Program-made: the position numbers and the translations under genes
In this document: in pieces, positions 53,333-64,000 of the stretch
Layout of the letters: each line of letters opens with the position of its first letter
Position numbering within the stretch: position 1 is the first letter of the stretch
Source: an uncultured delta proteobacterium
GTDB taxonomy: Bacteria > Desulfobacterota > Binatia > UBA9968
DNA: 64,000 bases
NCBI GenBank assembly: GCA_963847445.1
Contig: CAWJZV010000030.1
Coordinates: 32,001 to 96,000, forward strand
Reading direction: 5' to 3'
Notes under the pieces: generated by a model
What the model was told of the DNA's origin: nothing
Seen by the model: the letters and a program-made list of their open reading frames with translations, nothing else
Databases searched by the model: none

Positions 53333-54265
53333 CTAGCGACGGGCTGGCCTTCGCGCCAGAATCTGTTGCAGGCTGCTTTCCAGTTCGCGCGCGGTCACGA
53401 GTCCTTCGAACTTGGCGCGGATGATTCCATCCCTATCGACGACAAATACCCATGGCTCGGTATCGAGGCGCCATTCTTCCACGGTAGAGAACATTTTTTT
53501 CGTGGCAAAGTCCTGCCAGATCTCCTGGTGCGTGAATGCGACACTTTTTCCGTAGGCGGGATACAAAGAACGGACGATATCGACTACCGGGCCGCACATG
53601 CGGCTGGTGCAGAATTGCGGCGTAGCAAAGACGATCAACTGCGGCTTGCGCTGGGCGATCGCGTCGGCGATGCGCACTTGATGCAAACGAATGTCGGGCT
53701 TCTGGCTGGTATCGATCTCACGAAGATTCTTGACGTCGCTGGCGATCAGATTGCGGCTGCGCGGCGCAACACTACCGATCGCCGGAGTAGCCGGCGCCTC
53801 GAGCACATCCACGGCGAATCGTACAGTCTCGACCGTTCCCTTGGTCGCCTGGGCGAGCAGCTCGATGCCCCAAGTACCGGCCCGGAAAAACTCAAAGACA
53901 CGACGTAAAGTCCGCGTACCCCGGCTTCTTCGCCGTGGACATGTTGCGTGCCATCTTGGTGGCGATGGACGGAAGGCTGTTGTTTTAGATTTCGCACGGC
54001 GTGGTACGGCGCCCGGAGTTCCGCAGTCAAAGTCGCCTGTTCGCCGTCCACGGCAAATAGCCGCAGCGTGACGTCAGCACCATCGATGAGCTTATTGCCC
54101 TTCACAAGTCCAAATGCGAATCGATTTGAACCGACGACCAACTCACTCGTCGTAATCAGTGGCCGAAGTTCGTCATCAGCCGAAGCGACGGCGCGACCCA
54201 GGCCGACGAGCGTTCACAATGAAAAAAGTGAAAGCAATAAAACAAATGCCAGCTGATCGCTTCAT
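53333..54265 (-). CDS. Exported thioredoxin-fold protein (CTSRMC motif), frameshifted
   Basis: VVGSNRFAFGL; IVFATPQFCTSRMCGP; EPWVFVVDRDG. Confidence 0.7.
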
Positions 54266-54611
54266 TCGCTCGCCTCCCAACGCTAGGTAAATGTGCAGAC
54301 GAACTAGAGCTGGCCACGCACTCTAAGCTGACAAAAAAATAAACAAACGTGGGCTCTCAGTTAGCTGGACACGGATATGTAGGTAAAATTTTTGAAGGGA
54401 GCAAAACCGAGGCCAAAAATGGCAACATGATCAATTTTAGTTGAGGTGCGTAATCATAGTGAAATTTGTCATTGGCAAATCACCGCGCGATATCGCATGC
54501 GGCAGCTCTGTGTAATTTTGGATACAGAGGGTGTATCAAAAATTTCCAACCGACGAGCGAACACCACCTTCGCTTTAGTCAGGTGGATTGGAAGCGCCAC
54601 CGCCGTTGGAA

Positions 54612-56035
54612 TCAGACCGATGCGATAGTCGGTTTAATCTTTCCGAATCCGGTAGCCTGCTCGAAACCATGGGCAAGCTGCAGCACGCCGAGATCGTTGC
54701 GGTAGCGCCCGACGATCTGAATGCCGACGGGCAGACCGTCCGCGGTGAATCCCGGCCGGAACCGAGATCGCCGGACAGAATGTCGAAGTGATCCAGTACG
54801 CCGACTTCATCCAGTCGAGATAGGTTGCCATTTGCACACCGTCGATCTCGTGGGGCCAGTCGAGGGTCGCGTCGAAGGGCGGCACCTGGTTCACGGCACA
54901 GATAACGAATTCATATTTTTCTTGGAAGCGGTGCATGCGCTGCATCAACTCACCATGCAGCTGCATCACTCGGGCGATATCGTCGCCAGTCAAATTGCGT
55001 CCCAATTCTATCTGCCACACCGCTTCTGGTTTCATTTTGTGACGATGATGTTCAAGCAGCGATCCAAGCGTGTGCCAGTAGTGCCACGCGCGCAGAGTCA
55101 AAAACACTTCGTCGGCGCCGCTCAAGTCCGGCACTGCATCTTCCACGGCACAGCCTAGATCGACAAACGTCTGACGCTGAACAGCCAGCACCGCGCGCAC
55201 CCGCCGGTCGAGGGGCAAGCCGCCTAGATCCGGACACCAGGCAACTCGAACGTCTTTGAACTCACGATCCAACGGTTCGGCAAACACGCGCGGGTCGGAC
55301 GGATAACAAGCCGGATCGCGCGGGTCGGCCCCGGCCATTACGCTCAGCAAAAACGCCGTATCCGCCACCGACCGCGCCATCGGCCCTTTCACTGTAAAAC
55401 CCAAGAACGGCAGCGCCACGGGTGCGGTGGGCACCAGTCCGACACTCGGACGCAGCGCCACGATGTTGTTGAAGTTAGCCGGATTGCGCAGCGAACCGCC
55501 GAGGTCGCTGCCGCTGGCGAGAGGTAGCATGCCCGCCGCCAATGCCGCACCGGCGCCACCGCTCGATCCACCGGCGCTCTTGGTCAGATCGTAGGGATTG
55601 ACGAGTTGTGCCGTACACTTCGTTGTAACTATGCGAGCCCATGCCGAACTCGGAGATGTTGGTTTTGCCGATCGGCACCACGCCGGCAAGGCGCAGCCGT
55701 TCCGCAAGAACCGAGTCTTCAGTGGGCATGAAATCTTTGAAGATCAACGACCCGCGCGTCATCGGAAAACCAACGACCGGGTCGAGTTCTTTGAATGCGA
55801 AAGGCAAACCATGCAGCGGCCCGACAGCGTCGCCGCGGACAATTCGCCGATCTGCTTCATCCGCCAAAGCGAGACACTCTGCGTCAGGCAGCTTGGCGAC
55901 GATGGCGTTGATCTTGGGATTGAGCCGGGCGATCTGCCCGAGGAACGCCGCCATGACTTCGCGCGCCGACACCTCGCGAGTGCGGATTAATCGAGCTAAC
56001 TCCCGAGCGCTGGTAAAGCAGAACTCATTGCCCAT
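54612..56035 (-). CDS. Amidase-signature family enzyme, frameshifted
   Basis: GPLHGLPFAFKE, GKTN, AGGSSGG, GSDLGGSLRNPA. Confidence 0.92.
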
Positions 56036-56124
56036 CAAATTGAACAACCTCGGGTGATAATTGAGAGACAACTAGGCCGTAACCCTGAAGTGACTCTCTA
56101 GCGAAGCAGTCACTCGCGCATTAT

Positions 56125-56196
56125 CGTCACCCCGGTGAAAACCGGGGTCCATCCCCATCCTCCTAACCTGGATACCGTTTTCCAACGGTATGACGG
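56125..56196. repeat. Two-hairpin REP-like element CGTCAC...TGACGG
   Basis: CCCCGGTGAAAACCGGGG and ATACCGTTTTCCAACGGTAT arms. Confidence 0.6.
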
Positions 56197-56281
56197 ACCA
56201 ATATCGTCACCGAGCTGCTGTATGGAACAATATCACTGCGCCGGGAACGAAAAATTCAATTTCGCGAGCGACAGAATGACA

Positions 56282-56827
56282 CTAGATTCCCGGTTCTTTC
56301 GGAGTCAAAGGCGGCGCGACGATGTTTTTGGCGATCAGCTCGGTATCCCAAAGTTTGGAGAATTTTAGCGCGCGCGGGCAATGGCTGTAGGATTCATCGA
56401 CGTCGATGAGCAGACCTTGGAGAACCTCGGCCTTGTCGTCGGCGTTGAAGACTTCGAGCTGGACGTCTTTCAGTTCGGCGCGGTCGACGACTGTCACGCG
56501 GCCGTTAATTCGAACAGTATTATCATGCCCGGGGATGAGAAAGATCAGCCCGACCTTCGCATTGGTTTGCAGATTGCCGTAGCCATGGAACAGCTTGTTG
56601 CCCGCCACATCGGGGAGAAACAACTGCTTGTCGTTGAGGATTTTGACAAATCCCGGCCGGCCGCCCTTCGGCGACGCATCGCAATTGCCCTCCGCGCTGC
56701 TCGTCGCCATCACGCAGAACGGCGAGTGACGGATAAAATCCTGAATCCACTCCGCCATATAGGGCCGCACCTTGCCCCTAGTCCGCTCCGCCGGATAGCC
56801 GAATTTTTCTTGATAATTGTTGTCCAT
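56282..56827 (-). CDS. Pyridoxamine 5'-phosphate oxidase-like FMN-binding protein
   Basis: CDASPKGGRPGFV, PDVAGN, VRINGR, HCPRAL. Confidence 0.88.
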   Translation of the reverse strand: MDNNYQEKFGYPAERTRGKVRPYMAEWIQDFIRHSPFCVMATSSAEGNCDASPKGGRPGFVKILNDKQLFLPDVAGNKLFHGYGNLQTNAKVGLIFLIPGHDNTVRINGRVTVVDRAELKDVQLEVFNADDKAEVLQGLLIDVDESYSHCPRALKFSKLWDTELIAKNIVAPPLTPKEPGI

Positions 56828-56852
56828 CGACCACTCCTTAGAGTTAGGCGAA

Positions 56853-57410
56853 TTATTTCTTCGGATCGAGAAAACTTAAGCGCTCGGCCATGGGCGTTTC
56901 GGGAAAGACAAAGCCGCATGACTTGCATGTGCGCATGGTTTCGCTGGCATTGAACTCAGTGTAAACCGCTGTCACTTGCGACGGGATATTCCCCTGGTTC
57001 ACCACGCGGGAAAGCACCAGCTCGTCGCACTGCTCGCAGAACCAAGCGAACTCTTCCTTCTCTTCCTGGCGCCGCTTGCGCTCGATCACTAGCCCCCAGG
57101 TGTTGTCAAAGCGGCGCGGCGAGTGGGGCAAGCCGCCGGGACAGACGAAAATCTCCCCTTCTTTGATCCGGACATTCTGGCGGCGCTCGCCATCGGGCTT
57201 TAGAACCAATTCCATCTCCCCTTCCACCTGATAAAAGAACTCGTCCCCCGGCTCGATATGAAAATCCAGCCGCGTATTCGGCCCGCGCAGGATCATCACC
57301 AGGAAATCTTTCTGGTGCACGAGAAGCTGATTGGTTCTGAACGGTGGATTGAATAAGTGGCGGTTTTCGCCAATCCACTTCTTCAGATGAAAACTCGAAA
57401 GCAATTCCAT
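56853..57410 (-). CDS. nbaC: 3-hydroxyanthranilate 3,4-dioxygenase
   Basis: GPNTRLDFHIEPGDEFFYQ, PHSPRR, IERKR, CEQC...CKSCG rubredoxin-like site. Confidence 0.9.
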   Translation of the reverse strand: MELLSSFHLKKWIGENRHLFNPPFRTNQLLVHQKDFLVMILRGPNTRLDFHIEPGDEFFYQVEGEMELVLKPDGERRQNVRIKEGEIFVCPGGLPHSPRRFDNTWGLVIERKRRQEEKEEFAWFCEQCDELVLSRVVNQGNIPSQVTAVYTEFNASETMRTCKSCGFVFPETPMAERLSFLDPKK

Positions 57411-57534
57411 AATTGAACCTCAATGGGGCGCCCTAGATCGAGTCACTCTTCGTTGCCCCCGTTGCGTTGCCATTGTTAAGTGTTTGCCTGGCATGGGCAA
57501 ATTTTGGTTCCCATGAGCGCCGCCGCGCTACCCC

Positions 57535-57830
57535 AGGGCGTATGCCATACGCCCCTACGAAGAGATCCGAACATTGCATTGCTATAGCTACCAGTTTGCG
57601 TAGCTTGAGCAAATTTCTCTGGCGGTGAATTGCTCGGATTCGGATATTCCTCCCGCAAAGTCGCCAAGTTCGGCAGAGATGTCATTTCGACCGCAGGGAG
57701 AAATCTTTCTAGATCCCTGCATTCGCTCGGGAGGACGGGCATTAGCCCGTCACCTTTGCGCCTGACTTTGCGGGAGATAATCCGATACTTTTTTTGCGCC
57801 CTTTGCGCTCTTTGCGGCCATTCTTCCCTT
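57535..57830. repeat. Composite cluster of REP/MITE-like elements
   Basis: AGGGCGTATGCCATACGCCCCTAC; CGCAAAG arms enclosing a TGTCATTTCGACCGCAGGGAGAAATCT element. Confidence 0.65.
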
Positions 57831-57873
57831 CAGTTGAGGCTGTGCCGGGCTGCCTACTTTGCGGTTAAATTTC

Positions 57874-58650
57874 TTACTTAGTCAGCTGTCCGCATTCCCG
57901 CGCGACGCCGTCGGTGATCGCCCACCAGATGCCCAATCCTTTGCGTAACGCTTTCACCACCCGCACCTGCATCTCGTTGGTGGTGGCGAACTGTTCGACC
58001 AGTTCGTAACCGATGTTGCTGTGTTCGGTGTCGGCTTCGCCATGTTCGGCGAAAAATTCGATATCATGGGGCTTCAGACCATAATGATCTTTGAAGGCGC
58101 GAAAAAACTGGCCACCGGTGAGATGGTTCGAGTATTCGTTGCAGCAATTGGTCGCAGCCACTTGTTCAAGAATGTGGTTGCTGCGCAGGGCGATATCCAT
58201 CCAGCCGACCCGCGCCAATACCGTGGTGGGCAAAAAGTCTTCCTCGATTTCGCAGCGTTCCAACTCTTTCGCTGGCACGCCGATGGCGTCGCCGAAGCGG
58301 AGAAACAACGCCCGATGGCCCAGCACTGCCCGCGGCGATCCTTCGAAGTAGCTGTAGCCGACCTCGGAATGAATGACATCGACAAACTTTTTATGAATCT
58401 CCGGATCGTGAATGCCGGACATCTGGCAGCGCACCAGCTTGGCAGTATTGATCGCGACATTACAGGCGAAGATGCCCCAGGCTTCCTTGGCCCATATGCG
58501 CACGGCTTCGATGGGCAGCTTGCCCTCGAACAGATCGCGATAGAACGGATGATGGAGCCGGGCGTGGCGGTTCTTCACTTCGTCCATCAGCAACTGGCAG
58601 AGGTCTTTGGTCGGCAGGGTTTTGCCGTTCAGCACTGCTTCAATCGACAT
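57874..58650 (-). CDS. Heme-oxygenase-like diiron (TenA/PqqC/CADD-type) redox enzyme
   Basis: HHPFY, SEVG...GH, NEY, FFAEHGEADTEH. Confidence 0.8.
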   Translation of the reverse strand: MSIEAVLNGKTLPTKDLCQLLMDEVKNRHARLHHPFYRDLFEGKLPIEAVRIWAKEAWGIFACNVAINTAKLVRCQMSGIHDPEIHKKFVDVIHSEVGYSYFEGSPRAVLGHRALFLRFGDAIGVPAKELERCEIEEDFLPTTVLARVGWMDIALRSNHILEQVAATNCCNEYSNHLTGGQFFRAFKDHYGLKPHDIEFFAEHGEADTEHSNIGYELVEQFATTNEMQVRVVKALRKGLGIWWAITDGVARECGQLTK

Positions 58651-58736
58651 AGCGTTCTCACTCCTTCGTGCTCGCCCTCACCCTCCCAGCTCCGAAACGG
58701 GCGAGGGTAAGACATGCGGCGTCAACGTTTGCCAAA

Positions 58737-59741
58737 CTATTTTTTGTACAGCTGCGCCACAAAGCCACTGTCGTCCAACTCTTTAAGAAAGCGTGGTTCG
58801 AGGAAACGCTTTGCATCGGCACCGCGCGCTTTAGGATTGGTCTTGGCTAAGTCTTCGAGTATCGTTTCGACGCCCTTGATGCTCGGATACGGCAGCCGCG
58901 CCATGTATTTGATCGCGTAGGTGTTGTACGCCTCTTCCAGTGATGGGCGATCTTTGAGCTTGGTAAACTTGGCGATGGACTGAATGCTCGCTTCTTTCTG
59001 GGATTTGTAAAAATGAATGCCTTCGATCAAGCCGCGCACAAAGCGCCGCACCACCGCTTCTTTTCGTTGAATCGTCTGCCGGGTGGTGGCCAGCGAGGTG
59101 CCGAGATAGTCCAGACCGAGATCGCCCAAGCTGCCGTACTCGTGCAGTCCTTCTTGCTTGGCGCGGGTGGAAAACGGCGGCTGCAGCAGTGTCGCATCGA
59201 CCAGGCCGGTCTGCACGGCGGCTAGTCGCGACGGCTGGGTGCCCACCGACAGCATGGTGATCTCTTTGTCGGCGTCGACGCCCCATTTCTTGAAGGCAAC
59301 GCGAATACCGTAGTCGTCGGTCGCCCCCGGCCTGGCGATGCCGACCTTCTTGCCTTTCCAGTCGCCCACGGATTTTAGGTTGGGCCGGGTGATGATCGAG
59401 TGCTCCATGGTGTTGATGAACGTCGCCAGCACCACGGTCTCGGCGCCCTCTAAGTTCGACGACACCGCGGCCGGCCCGGCGAATATCGTCAGATCGAGAT
59501 CCCCCGATACTAACGCGGCGATGTTCGGAGGGGCACCGGCAACGAAAAGAATCTGCAAGTCGAGATCGTACTTCTTGAAGAAGCCGGCATCCCGGGCAAC
59601 GAACAACACCGCCTGCGAACCGCTGATGGCGCTGTGGGAAATATTCACGCGCTCCGCGGCGGTTGCCGCCGAGCCAATTAGCAGCACCGCGATCAAACTA
59701 AAATACGAACCGATTCGCTGCAAAGCATTGCTCCATTCCAT
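58737..59741 (-). CDS. NitT/TauT-family ABC substrate-binding protein
   Basis: GFFKKYDL, PYPSIKGV, ELDDSGFVAQLYK. Confidence 0.92.
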   Translation of the reverse strand: MEWSNALQRIGSYFSLIAVLLIGSAATAAERVNISHSAISGSQAVLFVARDAGFFKKYDLDLQILFVAGAPPNIAALVSGDLDLTIFAGPAAVSSNLEGAETVVLATFINTMEHSIITRPNLKSVGDWKGKKVGIARPGATDDYGIRVAFKKWGVDADKEITMLSVGTQPSRLAAVQTGLVDATLLQPPFSTRAKQEGLHEYGSLGDLGLDYLGTSLATTRQTIQRKEAVVRRFVRGLIEGIHFYKSQKEASIQSIAKFTKLKDRPSLEEAYNTYAIKYMARLPYPSIKGVETILEDLAKTNPKARGADAKRFLEPRFLKELDDSGFVAQLYKK

Positions 59742-59743
59742 GG

Positions 59744-60175
59744 CTAGTGTTTCCTGCGATTGTCGAATCTGAATTTGTTGGCGTTGCAGGCGATTTCGAC
59801 GCGGTTGCCGTCCGGATCGAGAAAGCTCACCGAACGGTTGCCCGCCACCACCAGAGTCTCCGGACCGCTGACCACCGGAATCTTGCGCCGCTTCAAGATC
59901 GGATAGAGCTGGTCGATGATTTCGTTCTTGTCGACGTAGAAGCAGAAGTGATGCAGCTTGGCCACGCCTTTGCCGCGCACATGCTTGGCGCCCTTGGGCA
60001 AAGCTTGCAGCGCGATGTCATGGTGTTCGCGGCCGTAACTCATGAAGGTCATCTTGGTTTGTAAGTTGCGCGCCGAGACCTGGAGGCCGAGAACCGTCCG
60101 GTAGAACTGCTCGGACTTCTTCAAGTCGGCGACATTGAGGACGATGTGACCGAGAGCGCCATTGGAGATTCTCAT
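59744..60175 (-). CDS. VOC/glyoxalase family protein
   Basis: LGHIVLNV, HHDIAL, LHHFCF, FLDPDGNRVEI. Confidence 0.9.
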   Translation of the reverse strand: MRISNGALGHIVLNVADLKKSEQFYRTVLGLQVSARNLQTKMTFMSYGREHHDIALQALPKGAKHVRGKGVAKLHHFCFYVDKNEIIDQLYPILKRRKIPVVSGPETLVVAGNRSVSFLDPDGNRVEIACNANKFRFDNRRKH

Positions 60176-60311
60176 AGGAAGCCTCAATTAATCTTGCCCT
60201 GGCGAAGCTGTCAAGATCACTGAAGCGATAATTTGTCCGACCGCGGTTTGACAAGTCTTTGACGAATACGGGATATTCGCCGCAGTCGTTTGCGGCAATC
60301 AGGAGAACACA

Positions 60312-61020
60312 ATGAAAATCATGGTCGTCATGGGCGAATATCCTGCCGAAGAAGGCGAACGGCGCCGCCAAGCGGTGCTCAAGTGCGCTTCGCCGGGAAC
60401 CGAGATCGGCTTCGACGTGATCAAAGCGACTTTCTTTCGCCATTCCAACTCGCAAGTCAATTCGCTGTCGGCTGGTCCGCTTAGTCGCCGAGATCGCCAT
60501 CCGCGCCGAAGCCAACGGTTACGACGCCGTGGTGCCCTTCGGCACCTTGGACGCCGGCGTCGAGCTGTCGCGCAATCTGGTCAAGATCCCGATCGTCGGC
60601 GCCGGCCAATCGGTGCTGCATCTGGGCGCGCAGCTGAGCAACCGTCTCGGCGTGATCGCCTACGAAGACAAGAGCGTGCCGTTCATGCGCAAGCAGATGC
60701 ATGTCTGGCGCGTCGCCGACTTCGTCGTCGGCATCCGCGGCATCGGCATCCCGCTGCCCGAGAGCACCAAGAACCGCGACGCCATGCGCGGCCGCTTCAT
60801 CGAGGTCGCCCGCTATTTAATCGACCAGTGCGACGCCGAAGTCATCGTGCCCATGGGCGTGACCATGGTGCCGGTGCAATATTCGCCCCAGGAAATGGAA
60901 AAAGAACTCGGCGTGCCGGTGATGGACGCGCTCAAGACCAGCATCCAGACCGCCGAGATGATGGTGCGCATGGGGCTGACGCATAGTGTGAGGACCTATC
61001 CGCGGCCGGCAGTGAAGTGA
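60312..61020 (+). CDS. Asp/Glu/hydantoin racemase family protein, frameshift ~60480
   Basis: ASPGTEI, GYDAVV, IPIVGAG, LGVPVMD. Confidence 0.8.
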
Positions 61021-61060
61021 GTTCGAACGATGGAGAATCGAGGATTGAGGATGGCTTTCG

Positions 61061-61929
61061 ATGCGTCGGTTTGACCTGGTTGAGCCGAGATCGCTGTCAG
61101 AGGCTTGCGCGATGCTCGCCAACGACAGCGATGCCAAAGTCGTTGCCGGCGGCACGGCGCTGCTGACGATCATCAAGCAAGGATTGTTGCTGCCGAAGTT
61201 ACTAGTCAACTTAAAAAAAATCAGCGATGCTTCCGCGATCACCTTCGATCCAGTCCAAGGGCTTGCGCATTGGCGCGTTGGCGACGATCAACGAGATCGA
61301 AACCTCTGAAACCGTTCAGACGCACTATCCCGCCCTCGCCGAAGCCTGCCATGTGGTGGCGAACATCCGCATTCGCAACATGGCCACCCTCGGCGGCAAT
61401 CTCGCCCATGGCGACTATCAATCCGATCCGCCGACCGTGTTGGCCGCTTTGGATGCTCGTGTCGAACTGATGAGCGCAGGCAAGGTTCGCCAGCTTGCGC
61501 TTGACTGATTTTCAACTCGGCAGCTATGAAACCGCGCTTCAGCCGGGCGAGCTGCTTGCCGCCGTGGTGATTCCGCCGCTGCCGCAGGGAATGAGCGGTC
61601 ATTATGTCAAATTCACCACCGGATCTTCTGAAGAGCGGCCCTGCGCCGGCGTTGCCGCGTTGGCGAGATTGAAAGATGGCGTTTGCCATGAACTGCGCCT
61701 GGCGGTGGGCGCGGTGTCGGCTAAGCCACTGCGCATCGCTGCGGAAAAACTCGCCACCGGCAAGGCGCTAACCGCCGAGCTTATTGCGACCATTGCCGCC
61801 GATGCGGCGCGGACCATCGATCCCATCGACGATGTGCGTGGGCCGGCGGATTACAAGCGCCATCTGGTCGGCGTGTTGACCCGCCGCGCGCTGCAAGATC
61901 TCGCCAACGGCAGAACGGAGACAAGCATC
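61061..61929 (+). CDS. Mo-hydroxylase FAD-binding medium subunit, frameshifted
   Basis: VAGGTAL, IRNMATLGGNL, DDVRGPADYKRHL. Confidence 0.9.
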
Positions 61930-64000
61930 ATGACCCTGGTCGGCACCAACGTTGAAATGGTCGGCGGCCGCGCCAAGGTCAGCGGCGCGGTGAGCTACGT
62001 CGCCGATATGGAATTCCCCGGCCAGCTCTACGCCAAGGCGCTGCGCAGCCCCTATCCCCATGCGAAATTGCTGCGCATCGATGCCAGCAAAGCTGCGGCG
62101 CTGCGCGGTGTGCGCGCCGTGGTGACACGCGACGACTTGGCCGGATTGAATCCCTACTTCGGCACCGGCGTCGAAGATCAGCCGGTGCTGGTCATCGACA
62201 AAGTGCGCTGCGTCGGCGACATCGTTGCCGCGGTGGCCGCCGACAGCCGGGAGATCGCCGAAGAGGCGGTGGCGCTGATCGAGGCGGATTACCAAGAACT
62301 GCCGGCAGCCACCGACATCCTCGAAGCGGCCAAGGCCGGACGCGCCGATTATTCAAGAATTGCATGTCGACCAACGCGCCGGCGGCAACATTCACGGCGT
62401 CTATCGGGCCTCCAGCGGCAATATCGAGCAGGGCTTTAAAGAATCTGACGAAGTTATCGAAAATATTTATAAAATTCCACCAGTGCAGCATGGCCATATC
62501 GAGCCCCATGTGGTCACCGCATTGTGGGAGCCCAGTGGCAAGCTGGTGGTCCATACGCCGAGCCAGACGCCGTCGCCGCTGCAGGAGCAGATCGCCAAAG
62601 TTTTCAAAATGCCGCTTAACCGCGTGCGCGTCATCGTGCCATTCATCGGCGGCGGTTACGGCGGCAAGAACCACGCGCGCATCGAACCGGTGGTGGCGCT
62701 GTTGGCGCGCAAGGCGCGCCGCCCGGTGCAGTGGATTCTCACCCGCGACGAAGTCTTTTTCACCGGCCGGCGCTTCGGCGCGGTGGTGAAAATCAAAACC
62801 GGCTTCAAACGCGACGGCCGCTTGTGGGCGCGCAAGGTCGACGCCTGGTACGATATGGGCGCCTACGCCCTCTCCGGTCCGGCGAACACCAAGAACGCCG
62901 CCATCATCGCCGGCGGGCCCTACAACATTCCTCATCGTGATTTCACGACCTACGCGGTTTACACCAACCTGCCGCCGGCCGGACCTTATCGCGGCGTCGG
63001 CGCGTCCCATGTCTGTTGGGCCTACGAATCGGACATCGACGACATCGCCCGGCGCTGCAATCTCGATCCGCTCGAAATCCGGCTGAAAAATTTGCTTCAA
63101 GAAAACGACCGTTTCATCACCGGCGAACCGATGATTTCCGTCGGCGTCTCCGAGTGCCTCAAACAAGTGGCTCAATCGATCAATTGGCAAACTGGAGCGG
63201 AGCAATCCTTGCGCAGCGATGCAATGGCAGCGGAGCAATCCTTCGCGCGAAGTCCGCGATGCGATCGTCCGCGGCAAGGGGCTCGCGGTCGCGATCAAGA
63301 GCACGTCGACGCCGAGCACCTCCGCCGCCAGCGTGCGGTTGAATGCCGACGGCTCGGCGATCTTGCTGACCAGCACCGTCCGACATGGGCCAGGGCGCCC
63401 AGACCGCGCTGGCGCAGATCGTCGCCGACGAGTTGGCTCTGCCTTTCGAGCGCGTGACCGTGACATTCCCCGACAGCGATATTACTCCCTACGATAAATC
63501 GACAAGCTCGAGCCGCGCGACGTTTCACATGGGCAAAGCGGCGCAGATCGCCGTGGGGCAGATTCGCGAGCAATTGTTTCAAGCCGGATGCGAAGTCGCT
63601 CGAAGCGCGCGTCGAGGATCTAGAGCTGCGCGATAGCCGCTTGCAAGTGAAAGGCGTGCCGGAAAGAAGCCTGACCTATCCGCAGCTCTTCAAAGCGATC
63701 TACGGCGAGGCCAGCGGCAACTTGTTCGGCAGCCACACACTGCGCACCGAAGGCGGCGTCGATGCCGTGACCGGCCAAGGCAAGGGTTCGTCGTTTTGGT
63801 TCTACTCAGCGGCCGGCGCCGAGGTCGAAGTCGACACCGAGACCGGCAAAGTGCGCGTGTTGCAAGTGGCCAGCGCCGTCGATGTCGGCAAGGCGGTCCA
63901 TCCGCTCCAGTGCAGTCTGCAAAATGAAGGCTCGGCGCTCGCCGGCTTGGGCTCGGCGCTGTTCGAAGAAATACGCTACGACAACGGCCAGCCGATCAAC
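61930..64000 (+). CDS. Xanthine dehydrogenase family large subunit (runs off window end; frameshifted)
   Basis: LRSPYPHAKL, IGGGYGGK, AGPYRGVG, MGQG. Confidence 0.92.

Noticed and set aside
54270-54610. ncRNA or riboswitch in an AT-rich intergenic gap
   Set aside because: No recognisable tRNA, riboswitch or conserved stem pattern by eye; an Rfam search would be needed
61495-62439. Natural FAD-subunit/Mo-subunit gene fusion
   Set aside because: The junction contains ATCATGA (a typical overlapping start/stop) with GGAG upstream; the in-frame join is probably another indel
1-64000. Mass pseudogenisation or programmed frameshifting (dozens of split ORFs)
   Set aside because: Indels are scattered across unrelated genes whose motifs are otherwise intact; best explained by long-read consensus errors

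Overview
GC-rich bacterial chromosomal segment packed with catabolic and transport genes. It holds three xanthine-oxidase-family Mo-hydroxylase gene sets plus a MocA-like nucleotidyltransferase, many NitT/TauT and Fe/polyamine-type solute-binding proteins, two amidases, SDRs, an amidohydrolase and 3-hydroxyanthranilate dioxygenase. This content resembles Candidatus Binatia / Deltaproteobacteria MAGs (inference only). Roughly half of the genes carry small indels typical of an unpolished long-read assembly, so split ORFs are reported as single genes. The standout is a ~8 kb minus-strand locus (14164-22324) that looks like a selenium-responsive regulon. It encodes a BCP/PrxQ peroxiredoxin with an in-frame TGA exactly at the peroxidatic Cys (PKDDTPG-TGA-TKEAC) followed by a SECIS-like hairpin, and a LysR regulator. 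Next come an EgtB/OvoA-superfamily non-heme iron enzyme, DUF427, a signal-peptide-less PhnD-fold protein, a Cys-containing paralog of the same peroxiredoxin, and a PhnCDE-like putative selenate ABC transporter. A shared ATAG-N7-CTAT palindrome lies upstream of all three transcription units. Also noted: a J-domain/Zn-ribbon/PilZ fusion, an HDO-VOC-3HAO catabolic cluster, a secreted PAP2/vanadium haloperoxidase-cupredoxin-thioredoxin islet, an unannotated 32-aa basic small ORF, a radC remnant and several families of intergenic REP/MITE-like palindromes. No rRNA, tRNA, CRISPR array or transposase was recognised.
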